From positions 1,482 to 65,481 of the forward strand of contig DBRS01000017.1 of the NCBI GenBank assembly GCA_002306085.1: a DNA stretch of 64,000 nucleotides, read 5' to 3'. The notes under the pieces were generated by a model, which was not told the DNA's origin, made no database searches, and worked only from the letters and a program-made list of their open reading frames with translations. Of the stretch, positions 39,390 through 48,273 are shown piece by piece. This DNA comes from Candidatus Moranbacteria bacterium UBA1362 (GTDB lineage Bacteria; Patescibacteriota; Minisyncoccia; Moranbacterales; GWC2-37-73). Position 1 is the stretch's first letter; each line of letters begins with the position of its first letter. The position numbers were made by a program, and so were the translations under genes.

Positions 39390-39483
39390 AAGCCGATTCG
39401 AAACTGCAAATCAAATACAAATCTACGAAAATATTTAAATCTGCTTCAGCAGATTCAAATATTTTATAGGCTCGTATCGGTTA

Positions 39484-40569
39484 TTATTTAAACGCTTTCT
39501 CTCTTTGATCTTCAACAAGTACTTCTCTGAGAGTTTCCAAATCTTCAAGAACGATTCCTATGCCCCTCACGACTGCGGTAAGCGGATCTTCCATAACTCT
39601 AACAGGCATTTTGGTCTGGTTGGCAATAAGCTTATCAAGATTTCTGATCATGCTTCCTCCTCCAGCTATGATCACGCCTCTTTGCATAACATCCGAGAGC
39701 AGTTCCGGGGGAGTTTCTTCAATAACGGTCTTTATATTGTTTATTATTATTCTTATTGATCTTGAAAGACCTTCCCTGATCTGCTCATCAGTCACCATGA
39801 CTTCTTTCGGCAGTCCGCTCACCAGATCACGCCCGCGAACAGGCATGGAAAGCCCCTCCTTGAGAGAAAAAGCACTTCCAACGGCAATCTTTATGTCTTC
39901 CGCAGTTTTTTCTCCGACCAACAGATTAAATTCATCCCTGCAATACCTCACTATATCTTCGTTCATCTCATCTCCAGCAACCCGAAGGCTTCTCGCGCTG
40001 ACAATGCCTCCCAACGAAATCACGGCAATTTCCGAAGTTCCTCCGCCAATATCAACAATCATGTTTCCGCGCGCGTCCGTCACCGGAAGTCTTGCTCCGA
40101 TCGCCGCTGCCATCGGTTCTTCAATAAGATACGCTTCGCGGGCACCGGCATTCATGGCGGCATCTATCACAGCTTTCTTCTCAACCTCAGTGATTCTCGA
40201 AGGAATCCCAATCAAAACCCGCGGCCTCGGTGAGAGAGCAAAAGAATCTTTGTTTATCTTGTCGATAAAATATTTAAGCATCTGCGTGGTCACTTCAAAA
40301 TCACTCACCACGCCGTCTACGAGCGGTCTTGTCGCTACAATATGGCCGGGAGTTTTCCCTACCATTCTTTTCGCCTCCCTGCCGATTGCCAGAACTTGTC
40401 CGGTACGCTTATTGATTGCCACCACTGAAGGCTCGTTTATTATTATTCCTTTCCCCTTGAGATAAACAAGCGTATTGGCGGTACCTAAATCAATGCCGAT
40501 ATCTCTCGACACATTACTGAAAAACCCTTCCGAAAACCTTTGAAAAATGCTTTTTGCTTTTTCTGTCAT
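39484..40569 (-). CDS. mreB: Rod shape-determining protein MreB
   Basis: GIDLGTANT, EPSVVA, IEEPMAAAIG, DIGGGTSE, AGGG, DPLTAVVRG. Confidence 0.97.
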   Translation of the reverse strand: MTEKAKSIFQRFSEGFFSNVSRDIGIDLGTANTLVYLKGKGIIINEPSVVAINKRTGQVLAIGREAKRMVGKTPGHIVATRPLVDGVVSDFEVTTQMLKYFIDKINKDSFALSPRPRVLIGIPSRITEVEKKAVIDAAMNAGAREAYLIEEPMAAAIGARLPVTDARGNMIVDIGGGTSEIAVISLGGIVSARSLRVAGDEMNEDIVRYCRDEFNLLVGEKTAEDIKIAVGSAFSLKEGLSMPVRGRDLVSGLPKEVMVTDEQIREGLSRSIRIIINNIKTVIEETPPELLSDVMQRGVIIAGGGSMIRNLDKLIANQTKMPVRVMEDPLTAVVRGIGIVLEDLETLREVLVEDQREKAFK

Positions 40570-40679
40570 ATTCAAAAAATTTTTTTCTTTTTTAAAATGC
40601 GTGCAAAAGAAAAAATGGCGTATTTAAAAGAAAATATCGCTTAAAAAAGTGATCTGTATTTTTGTATTATTTCCTATAT

Positions 40680-40708
40680 ATAGTAGATTAAATACTTTCT
40701 TATGTCAA
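40680..40708 (-). promoter_or_regulatory. Sigma70 promoter of the mre operon
   Basis: TTGACA (40708-40703), 17 bp spacer, TACTAT (40685-40680). Confidence 0.6.
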
Positions 40709-40816
40709 AAAGGCAAAATCAGGCAATTTTCCTGTTCGACAGCAAACAGCAGAACGCTTCATAGAGACCTCTACAGAGGTCTCCAACGTACACTCTGTTT
40801 TCCTTTGGGTTTACGC

Positions 40817-41833
40817 TTATAGCCCATATTTCTGCTTATTCTTCACGTGCTCTTCGAAGGTCACAGAATATACCGTGTTTTTAAGATTGTTAGGATCGGT
40901 TAAAAAGTAGAGATAATTTGTTTTTTTGGGACGCAAAGCCGCTGAAATTGTTTCCAAGCCGGGATTTGAAACCGGCCCGGGCGGCAGGCCTTTGTTGATA
41001 TAGGTATTGTACGGAGAATCGATTCTGGTTTGTTCAAAGGAGTGTTGAAAATCTCTCGTCTTAAGCACATATTCCAAAGTTGCATCGCTCTGAAGAGCCT
41101 GCCCGATCGCAATCCTGCGCCAAAATATTCCGGAAACAATTTGAAAATCTTCCGGCGTGCTTACTTCTCTCTCCAGGATACTTGCCATCGTAAGGATTTC
41201 AAATACCGTTTTCCCCTGTTTTTTCGCCTCCTCGCGCAATTCTTCGTCAAATTTATTTTCAGTATTGCTAAGAATTTTCTTCAAGATTCCCTCCGGAGTG
41301 GCATCTTTTGAAAATTTATACGTGTCGGGAAAAATATATCCTTCGAGCGAAGCCTTTTGCGGCTTGTCTGCCAGCACTGAAAATTGAGAAACAATATCTT
41401 CCGACGGATTGTTTACCAGCTCGAGAAAAGCGCCGCCGTCAAACCCATTCTCGTTAAGGCGTCCGGCAATCTGCTCGGCAGTCCAGCCTTCGGGAAACGT
41501 CAGTTTCACAAAAACTTTCTGTGGATTAGTTATTATCTCGGCAATTTCCGGAATCGTAAGGTTTCCGCTAAGCATATAATCTCCGGGATATATTTTTCCC
41601 AAAAGATTGCGCCCGCTCAAATAGATAAGAAAATAGAACCTGTTGGGCACAAGACCTTCTTTTTGAAGATTGAACGCAATTTCCTCATTACCCTCTCCTT
41701 TTTTTATCGAAAACATCACATTCGCTTCCGAATTTCCGTGGGAAAAATAAATCTGGTTGTACAGATAAAAAAAGCCGGCGATGGCTAAGGCGAACGACAA
41801 TACTATGATACTGGTTCTTCTTCTTAATTTCAT
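40817..41833 (-). CDS. mltG: Endolytic transglycosylase MltG
   Basis: TFPEG, LEGYIFPDTY, ASILERE, LQSDAT, SPYNTY..GLPPGPVSNPG. Confidence 0.95.
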   Translation of the reverse strand: MKLRRRTSIIVLSFALAIAGFFYLYNQIYFSHGNSEANVMFSIKKGEGNEEIAFNLQKEGLVPNRFYFLIYLSGRNLLGKIYPGDYMLSGNLTIPEIAEIITNPQKVFVKLTFPEGWTAEQIAGRLNENGFDGGAFLELVNNPSEDIVSQFSVLADKPQKASLEGYIFPDTYKFSKDATPEGILKKILSNTENKFDEELREEAKKQGKTVFEILTMASILEREVSTPEDFQIVSGIFWRRIAIGQALQSDATLEYVLKTRDFQHSFEQTRIDSPYNTYINKGLPPGPVSNPGLETISAALRPKKTNYLYFLTDPNNLKNTVYSVTFEEHVKNKQKYGL

Positions 41834-41901
41834 AAATTAATTATTAAAATTAATCACTAAAATATATTACAAACTGGAAAATATTTCGTTGCCTTGCCGA
41901 C

Positions 41902-42534
41902 CTACGCCCCGCCTTTGGTATCTTTCACAAAAGGCACAAACGCAAAGCCGGGAAATTCTTCAACATGAAATTTGTCCTGACCGCGCTTCTCCACAAGACA
42001 TATGCTGTCCGAAACCGGTATCACCATTTTGCCGCCAACTGCCAACTGATTCTTGAAAACTTCCGGAATTTCTTTGGTGTCCGCCGAAACCAAAATTCTG
42101 TCATAGGGCGCGTTCCTCTCAAATCCCTTTTCCGCCGAAATGCAATAGAATTCAACAATATTTTTTTTGATAAAACCGAACTTGGCAACATTTTTCTTTC
42201 CAAACTCGCAAAGACCCTCTACCTTTTCCATCGCCGTAACTCTTCCGCTTGCTCCCACAATGTGAGCAAGAAGCGCCGTCGTCCAGCCGCTTCCGCTTCC
42301 CACGTCAAGAATGTTCTGTCCTTCTTGGGGATCCAATAGTTCAAGCATAAAAGCAACCGTAAGCGGCTGCGAAATTGTCTGGCCGTATCCTATCGGAAGA
42401 GCGATGTCTTCATACGCCTGTCCCGCCATGTCCGCGGGCACAAACTCAGCTCTATCAATTTGTCGGAACGCTTCGATAATCCTTTCGCTTTTCAGATGTC
42501 CTCTTTCAATCAAGTCTTTTACAAGTATACTCAT
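41902..42534 (-). CDS. pcm: Protein-L-isoaspartate O-methyltransferase
   Basis: AYEDIALPIGYGQTISQP, LDVGSGSGW, APYDRI, GGKMVIPV, FVP. Confidence 0.95.
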   Translation of the reverse strand: MSILVKDLIERGHLKSERIIEAFRQIDRAEFVPADMAGQAYEDIALPIGYGQTISQPLTVAFMLELLDPQEGQNILDVGSGSGWTTALLAHIVGASGRVTAMEKVEGLCEFGKKNVAKFGFIKKNIVEFYCISAEKGFERNAPYDRILVSADTKEIPEVFKNQLAVGGKMVIPVSDSICLVEKRGQDKFHVEEFPGFAFVPFVKDTKGGA

Positions 42535-42555
42535 AAATTTGATTTGAATCTCAGA

Positions 42556-43002
42556 CTAAATTCCCATCACATGAATTATTACATCCCTCTTCCTCGATCC
42601 GTCGAATTCTATCGCAAGAATGCTCTGCCTCTCATTGAGAAGCATTTTTCCTTTTTCAATCGGAATCGTCTGGCCTACTCCAAGCAGGAACGACTTACAA
42701 TGCGAATGCCCGTTACTTCTGCCGTCGGATTTTGATCCTCTGCGAAGCTCAAAAAGATCATGAGAATACCTGTCATCCATTGGCGCTAGCTTGTAAAGAA
42801 TACGCATAAAGTCCTGCACCAACATCGGCTCATTCTGGTTAACGGCAATCCCCATGGTGGTATGAGGAGCAAAAACGGTGACGATTCCTTCCCTGATTCC
42901 GCTGTCCGAAATTACTTTCTGCACATCGTCGGTGATGTCCATGAATTCTATCTGATTTTTGCTTTCAAGACTTAGTTTTTGTTTGTGTATTTTTACATCC
43001 AT
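42556..43002 (-). CDS. yjbQ: YjbQ/UPF0047 family protein
   Basis: DITDDV, PHTT, NGHSHCKS, EFDGSRKR. Confidence 0.88.
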   Translation of the reverse strand: MDVKIHKQKLSLESKNQIEFMDITDDVQKVISDSGIREGIVTVFAPHTTMGIAVNQNEPMLVQDFMRILYKLAPMDDRYSHDLFELRRGSKSDGRSNGHSHCKSFLLGVGQTIPIEKGKMLLNERQSILAIEFDGSRKRDVIIHVMGI

Positions 43003-43165
43003 ACGACTTCACACAAATTCAACGAATATTTTAAAGTTTCGATCAAATTCTATTCGTTTAATTTGTGTTTTATTATTTTGGCGTCTGCCACTCGGGCAAC
43101 CGCCTATTTTATTTGTTTATATGATAATTTTATCACGGCTAAAGCCATTCACCAAACAGGCACAA

Positions 43166-44086
43166 CTATTTTTTAACAAGCTTTAATTTCTTGTAGACGC
43201 TTCCGGCCGCAACGGCGCCTTCCGCAACCGCCGTAATTATTTGCCTGAACTTGTTCGAACCTGTCGTAACGTCTCCCGCGGCATAAACGTTCTCAATATT
43301 AGTGCTCTGATCCTGCTTTACCACTATGTAATTTTGTTCATCGGTCTCCACTCCAAGATCTTTGGCAAGCATGACTCCGGGAGTAGAACCGATCTCGATG
43401 AAAATACCCTGCACTTTTAATTCTTTCTTTTTGCCGTCTTTTGTTTCATACACAATTCCCGCCACGCTTTCGCTTCCGAGAATCTCGTCAATTTTTTCAA
43501 AAGAAGCAACCGCAATTTTTCCGGTTTCGGCCATTCGCTGTTCCCACGCAGGCTCAAAAACTTTCGTACCGTCTTTGAAAAGAAGCTGCACTGAATTCAC
43601 AAATTCTGCAAGATGAAGAGCGGCTGTCGCCGCGCTGTCGCCTCCTCCGATCACGACCACATCCTTGCCGCGCGAAAACATGGCGTCGCACGTCGCGCAA
43701 TATGAAATTCCCTTGCCTATAAACTTGTCCTCGTTCGGGATATTAAGCTTGCGCGGTTTCATTCCGAGCGCGAGAATAACCGACTTTGCCTCCCTTTTCT
43801 TTCCGTCGTCGGTAATTATTTCAAACCCATCATAATTTTTAGAAATTTTAGTCACGGTGGCGGAAACGATAGTGCCTCCCAGATCTATGGTCTGTTTCTT
43901 AAATTTTTCCATGAGATCTTTTCCCGAAATGGATTCGATGCCGGCATAGTTTTCAATCTCCCAGGCTTCAACAACCTGCCCTCCCACTTCCGCACCAAGA
44001 ACCAAGTGATTGAGTTTGTAACGTGAAGCATAAATGGACGCTCCGAGCCCTGCAGGACCGGCCCCGATTATCACCAGATCATACAT
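43166..44086 (-). CDS. trxB: Thioredoxin reductase
   Basis: GAGPAG, IENYAG, SYCATCD, GGGDSA, YAAGDV, QIITAVAEG. Confidence 0.93.
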   Translation of the reverse strand: MYDLVIIGAGPAGLGASIYASRYKLNHLVLGAEVGGQVVEAWEIENYAGIESISGKDLMEKFKKQTIDLGGTIVSATVTKISKNYDGFEIITDDGKKREAKSVILALGMKPRKLNIPNEDKFIGKGISYCATCDAMFSRGKDVVVIGGGDSAATAALHLAEFVNSVQLLFKDGTKVFEPAWEQRMAETGKIAVASFEKIDEILGSESVAGIVYETKDGKKKELKVQGIFIEIGSTPGVMLAKDLGVETDEQNYIVVKQDQSTNIENVYAAGDVTTGSNKFRQIITAVAEGAVAAGSVYKKLKLVKK

Positions 44087-44217
44087 ACTTGTCTTTTTGA
44101 TGTTTATGTTTGTTGCCTAATTATATCACATGTCAACAATTTTATAAAACAAGCACTCATGAAAATTTCCGACTTTGAGTTTTGAATTTCGAATAAAATT
44201 TTGGCAAATGAAAAAGA

Positions 44218-44235
44218 ATCTGCCTGCAGGCAGAT
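44218..44235. repeat. Perfect 18-bp palindrome in the trxA-trxB spacer
   Basis: ATCTGCCTGCAGGCAGAT. Confidence 0.7.
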
Positions 44236-44262
44236 CCTTTCAGTAAACGCGACAGCAAAAAA

Positions 44263-44580
44263 CTATGCGAGTTTTTCCAGCGCTTTTTGCAACGCTTCTT
44301 TCGACTGCACTCCTATGAATTCCTGCTGCACTTTTCCGTTTTTAAATATTTTTATAGAAGGTATTGACATTATTCCGAATTTTTCGGCAGTTGCCGAATT
44401 TTCATCGACGTTGCATTTCCCGACTTTGGCCCTGTCTCCCATCTCTTTGGCAAGCTCCTCAACAATAGGTCCCATCATCTGGCAAGGTCCGCACCAAGGA
44501 GCCCAAAAATCAACCAGGACAGCTTTGTCACTTTCCAGCACTTCGCTTTGGAAATTTTGATCGGTAAATTGCATTTCCAT
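44263..44580 (-). CDS. trxA: Thioredoxin
   Basis: VDFWAPWCGPC, NVDE, SIP. Start taken at ATG 44580 (44574 also possible). Confidence 0.97.
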   Translation of the reverse strand: MEMQFTDQNFQSEVLESDKAVLVDFWAPWCGPCQMMGPIVEELAKEMGDRAKVGKCNVDENSATAEKFGIMSIPSIKIFKNGKVQQEFIGVQSKEALQKALEKLA

Positions 44581-44649
44581 AAAGATTGCAACAATTGGAA
44601 TCACGCATTGCGCGCAAAATTCAACTATATTAATGATTAAGTTTTAAAC

Positions 44650-45360
44650 TTATTTTCCCAGCCTTCTCCCCCTCTTCATGAAATCCTCGATGGCGATCCT
44701 GAATTCGTCACCGTTGAAATCCGGATAAAATTTTTCCGAAAAATACAGCTGAGCGTTGGCAGTGTCCCACATCATGAAACCCGCGCTGAGATGGGGTTCG
44801 CCTCCCGTGCGGATCATGTAATCAACCGGAGGGAGGTCTTTTGTCATGAGATGATTTTTAATGGTCTCGTCGGTTATATCTTCCGGCTCAATCTTCTCGC
44901 CGGCAATTTTCTTGATAGCTTCCTTCATTTCATCGTCACCGCTATAGGCAAGCAAAAAATTCAGCGTGTGCCGGCCATAGTTTTTGGTCGCTTCAATACA
45001 TTTATATATTATCTTCTTGAGCGCTTCGGGAAATTGCTGTTCCCATTTGCCGATGAAATTTATTTTCACTTCATTTTCATGTACCTCCTTGCTTTTGGAA
45101 AGTTTTTCAAAATACTGCGCGTAAATTTCAAGCAACGCTTTTTTTTCTTCGATGGGACGCTTCTTGAGATTTTCAAGCGACGATCCCCAGAGCGACAGGC
45201 ATTTTATTTTCATCTCAAGCGCTTTTTTCATCAGGTTTTCCGTGTTCTTGGCTCCTTCAATGTGCCCTTCCCAAGGCTTCAATCCTCTTTGTTTGGCCCA
45301 TCTCCTGTTCCCGTCCGGAATTATGGCGACATGATTAGGGATGCTGGATATATCAGACAT
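44650..45360 (-). CDS. uppS: Undecaprenyl diphosphate synthase (cis-prenyltransferase)
   Basis: HVAIIPDGNRRWA, SLENLKKR, IRTGGEPHLS, YPDF. Confidence 0.95.
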   Translation of the reverse strand: MSDISSIPNHVAIIPDGNRRWAKQRGLKPWEGHIEGAKNTENLMKKALEMKIKCLSLWGSSLENLKKRPIEEKKALLEIYAQYFEKLSKSKEVHENEVKINFIGKWEQQFPEALKKIIYKCIEATKNYGRHTLNFLLAYSGDDEMKEAIKKIAGEKIEPEDITDETIKNHLMTKDLPPVDYMIRTGGEPHLSAGFMMWDTANAQLYFSEKFYPDFNGDEFRIAIEDFMKRGRRLGK

Positions 45361-45547
45361 ATAAAATAATTTTTTTAATTAAGGATTTCAAATTTTTAAT
45401 CAATGCCAAACTTCAATTGTTTTAGTTCTAATTTTTCTTCAGCCGTTTATCGTCGGTTTTGATTGGAAATTAAAATTTAAATCAATTGAAAATTGTCGTC
45501 TTTTAGATTGTACCATACTTGCCCGAAAGCTAAAAGACAGAATCGAC

Positions 45548-46609
45548 CTACACGTTCCTCTTCTCGAGATAGTCCACAAGTCCGAAAAAAAATTCTTTCG
45601 CATTCGGCAAAATTACCGCTTTTTCCATGGCGCGCCTGCCTTTTTTGAAATTTTTGCGAGCCGTTTCTAAGGCATAGTCCAATGAACCGGTTTCTTTCAG
45701 GATGTTCCGGAACGCTTCTATTTCGTTTCGCCCGATATTTTTCTTTCCGAGAATGTCGCCCAGAATTTTTTTCTGCCGCCTGTTGCCCCTCTCGCGCGCC
45801 TTAACAACAAGAAGAGACTGTTTGCCTTCCTCGATGTCGGAAGCATTTGATTTTCCGATCTTTTTGGCATCGCCGAACACCCCGAGAATGTCGTCCTGAA
45901 TCTGAAACGCTATCCCGAGCGGAACGGCATAGGCGCTGAATGCTTTGAACACTTTTCTGTTATTGCATCCGGCAAGTTTCGCTCCCATATGCAACGGACC
46001 TTCAAAGGTATAGCGCGCTGTCTTGTTGCGATACATCGAAAGCACCTGTTCTTCTGTAACGTTTTTTTCATAGGCGATCGCAATATCCTGCGACTGTCCG
46101 ATGATTGTCGTGGCGACAACCGACTGAAGATTCGCAAGAACTTTCGCCGCAATATCTCCGCCAAAACCGGCTTCGGCAATGATTCTGTTGGCCATGGCAT
46201 AGAGCATGTCCCCGCCGATGATTGCCATCGAGTTTCCGAAATGCTCTGCATCCTTTCCCGCGATCTTTTCATCCGCAAAAAAGACATTGAGCGTCTTTTG
46301 CCCGTGCCGGGATTTTCCGCGATCGATTATGTCATCGTGCGCAAGCAGGAAAAGATGCACAAGCTCGATTGCGGCTGCCGCTTTCAGAATTTTCTTCTTT
46401 TCCCTGCCTCCCACCGCAAAATACGCCCAGCACAAAAGCGCGCCGCGAATCCTCTTTCCTCCGGAAAGCGCAATTTTCTTGGCCTGCACGAGCGCGTCGG
46501 CCATAATCGGATCTTCCTTGAGAGTCTTCGCTATTTCCTTGCTAAACTGACGTTCAAGTTCCCCGCTTATGGCGCCTTTCAGGTTTTTTAGTTCTTGCTT
46601 GAAATCCAT
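45548..46609 (-). CDS. Trans-polyprenyl diphosphate synthase (IdsA/IspA-like)
   Basis: GGKRIR, ELVH..LAHDDIID, GQSQD, KTARYT, AFQIQDDILG, GKS..SDIEEGK. Confidence 0.93.
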   Translation of the reverse strand: MDFKQELKNLKGAISGELERQFSKEIAKTLKEDPIMADALVQAKKIALSGGKRIRGALLCWAYFAVGGREKKKILKAAAAIELVHLFLLAHDDIIDRGKSRHGQKTLNVFFADEKIAGKDAEHFGNSMAIIGGDMLYAMANRIIAEAGFGGDIAAKVLANLQSVVATTIIGQSQDIAIAYEKNVTEEQVLSMYRNKTARYTFEGPLHMGAKLAGCNNRKVFKAFSAYAVPLGIAFQIQDDILGVFGDAKKIGKSNASDIEEGKQSLLVVKARERGNRRQKKILGDILGKKNIGRNEIEAFRNILKETGSLDYALETARKNFKKGRRAMEKAVILPNAKEFFFGLVDYLEKRNV

Positions 46610-46708
46610 AATAAAAAACAAAAATGATTTATTTTTGTCTTTTAAGCCTACTATTTCCGGCCCAAAAAAGCAAGCGCGCCAACATCACATCAGTGCGCGT
46701 AAAATCAC

Positions 46709-46734
46709 AAAAAAGCGCTAATCGGCGCTTTTTT
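46709..46734 (-). terminator. Intrinsic terminator downstream of the nuclease gene
   Basis: AAAAAAGCGC-taatcg-GCGCTTTTTT. Confidence 0.7.
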
Positions 46735-46742
46735 CAAACTTA

Positions 46743-46786
46743 TTACGTATTTTATTACGTAAAATTTTACATATTTAAATATGTAA
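46743..46786. repeat. Four TTACGTAA-like units at 12-bp period
   Basis: TTACGTAT 46743, TTACGTAA 46755, TTACATAT 46767, ATATGTAA 46779. Confidence 0.8.
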
Positions 46787-46808
46787 AAAGATTTGAAAAT
46801 TAGCAAAA

Positions 46809-47561
46809 TTATTTTTCCACTTTGCTGGCGGCCTGGCGATAGTTGCAGTAGTCGCAATCGGGATGAGCTTCGGGCATCTCGCCGTCCAGACACTTTTTAA
46901 TTTCAAAAATCGTGCCCTCAATCCAAGAATCATCTCCCGTGTACGGGATAATTTTGATATCAAATTCCAGTTTTCCGTCAAAAGCCTCTTTGTCTGTAAC
47001 TCCGTTGCAATAAACAAAATATCCGGTCTTTGAAACCGCAAAATCATTTTTCCGAAACAGCCACTGATAAATTTCCATCTGCCTTTTATATTCAATCTGC
47101 CAGTCGGCATCTAAATTTACTTCCTCCTTTTTGGAAGTCGACTTATAGTCAACAATAATCAGTTCGCCTTTGGGATTGACCCACACGTCATCCACTCCGC
47201 CTGTCAAAAGCAAATTGGTTTCCTTATGCAGATATTGGATGCCTCCGCGCAATGAATCCCGCCATTCATCCATTCTCGGATCCTGAAACGGCACAGCGTC
47301 AATGCCATATTTTTCCATCAGCGGATGAGCTTTTTCTTTGGCGCGATGCAGATCAAATTCTTTTTTAAGCAAAGCATCAACAGCTGAATTAAGATTAAAA
47401 GGAAATCCCGGCGGACGTCCTATCCCTAGCCGCCTGTCCAGATAAAAACATCTTGGGCAATTCAAAAACAAACTGATTTTCGAACGGGACAACTTGAACG
47501 CTTCCGCCTTTTCAGGATCGTATACATTCCGCGTTCTGTTTGCCTTGTAGTACACAGACAT
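46809..47561 (-). CDS. PD-(D/E)XK nuclease, RecB/Cas4-like, with two CxxC pairs
   Basis: SRSKI...CPRCFY, GGVDDVW, IVDYKST, QMEIY, CDYC. Start is uncertain (47561 or 47645). Confidence 0.88.
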   Translation of the reverse strand: MSVYYKANRTRNVYDPEKAEAFKLSRSKISLFLNCPRCFYLDRRLGIGRPPGFPFNLNSAVDALLKKEFDLHRAKEKAHPLMEKYGIDAVPFQDPRMDEWRDSLRGGIQYLHKETNLLLTGGVDDVWVNPKGELIIVDYKSTSKKEEVNLDADWQIEYKRQMEIYQWLFRKNDFAVSKTGYFVYCNGVTDKEAFDGKLEFDIKIIPYTGDDSWIEGTIFEIKKCLDGEMPEAHPDCDYCNYRQAASKVEK

Positions 47562-47764
47562 AGGATATTTTTTATTATTTAATGGATTTTTAAAGTCATG
47601 TAATCCTTTAATAGAAAAAGGTTCTTGATTTGTAATAACTATCATTTTAGTTTTCGGCCAATATTTATCTAGCTACGCTCTTTCCCACTCAGCATTTCTT
47701 CTCGATTTTCTATTTCCTAAATATCTTACCGCCACAAACATTATATTTTTCGCTCGGATTTAAG

Positions 47765-47947
47765 TTATTTTCTAGAATAAAAATCTCTGATTATAATACC
47801 GCCTTTTATTTTTTTGACCACGACTTTCTGTTTTTCTTTCCAGCCGAAAGCGCGGATAATTTCGATTGGCAATGTCAGGCCGATGGAATGATTGCCCAAT
47901 TTTGTAAGTTTTCTTACATTGGATTCTTCCCTTTTTCTTGTTGACAT
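47765..47947 (-). CDS. Small AbrB/MazE/SpoVT-fold DNA-binding protein
   Basis: RKLTKLGNHSIGLTLPIEIIRAFGWKEKQKVVV...IIIRD matches the swapped-hairpin pattern (S-x-x-x-T-L-P...GW..KQKV). Confidence 0.82.
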   Translation of the reverse strand: MSTRKREESNVRKLTKLGNHSIGLTLPIEIIRAFGWKEKQKVVVKKIKGGIIIRDFYSRK

Positions 47948-47960
47948 ATGTTTGTTCTAA

Positions 47961-47992
47961 GTATGTAAAATATTACGTAAAATATTACGTAC
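47961..47992. promoter_or_regulatory. Three TTACGTAA-like units at 12-bp period (putative autoregulatory operator)
   Basis: GTATGTAA 47961, TTACGTAA 47973, TTACGTAC 47985; 14-45 bp upstream of the AbrB-like ATG. Confidence 0.75.
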
Positions 47993-48083
47993 TTTGATAT
48001 ATTTCATTTTACGCCCAAAGCTTTTTTCAAGCAAACTGATGCTTTTTTTATCTTAAGACGGCTACAGAATTTTGGAAATTTTA

Positions 48084-48112
48084 AAAACCCTCTTTCAAAC
48101 AAAGAGGGTTTT
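48084..48112 (-). terminator. Intrinsic terminator after the tRNA
   Basis: AAAACCCTCTTT-caaac-AAAGAGGGTTTT. Confidence 0.85.
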
Positions 48113-48120
48113 GAGAACTG

Positions 48121-48195
48121 TACCGCGTATGGGATTCGAACCCATGATTTCTTGGATGAGAACCAAGTGTCCTAGACCAACTAGACGAACGCGGC
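48121..48195 (-). tRNA. tRNA-Glu (anticodon CTC), CCA not encoded
   Basis: Acceptor GCCGCGT/ACGCGGT, anticodon arm CTTGG-TTCTCAT-CCAAG, T arm ATGGG-TTCGAAT-CCCAT. Confidence 0.96.
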
Positions 48196-48273
48196 ATGCG
48201 CTTTGAACGGCAAAATCAACACGCCAAAAGCATGGGGTTTATTATAACGAAATTGGCAAATTAATCAAGATTT

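Noticed and set aside
39560-40465. 301-aa plus-strand ORF
   Set aside because: Antisense shadow of mreB.
45385-45495. Inverted AATTT..AATCAA/TTGATT..AAATT arms upstream of uppS as another mRNA-strand stem
   Set aside because: Its mismatches are G-U compatible on the non-coding strand, not the mRNA, so it does not fit the pattern and is a partial counter-example.
46743-47992. CRISPR-Cas interpretation (Cas4-like nuclease plus repeats)
   Set aside because: The repeats are 8-bp cores at 12-bp period with no unique 25-45 bp spacers, and there is no cas1, cas2 or effector gene in the window.
48084-48195. attL/attR duplication of the tRNA-Glu 3' end
   Set aside because: I could not find a second copy of the tRNA 3' sequence downstream by eye; a BLASTN self-search would settle it.
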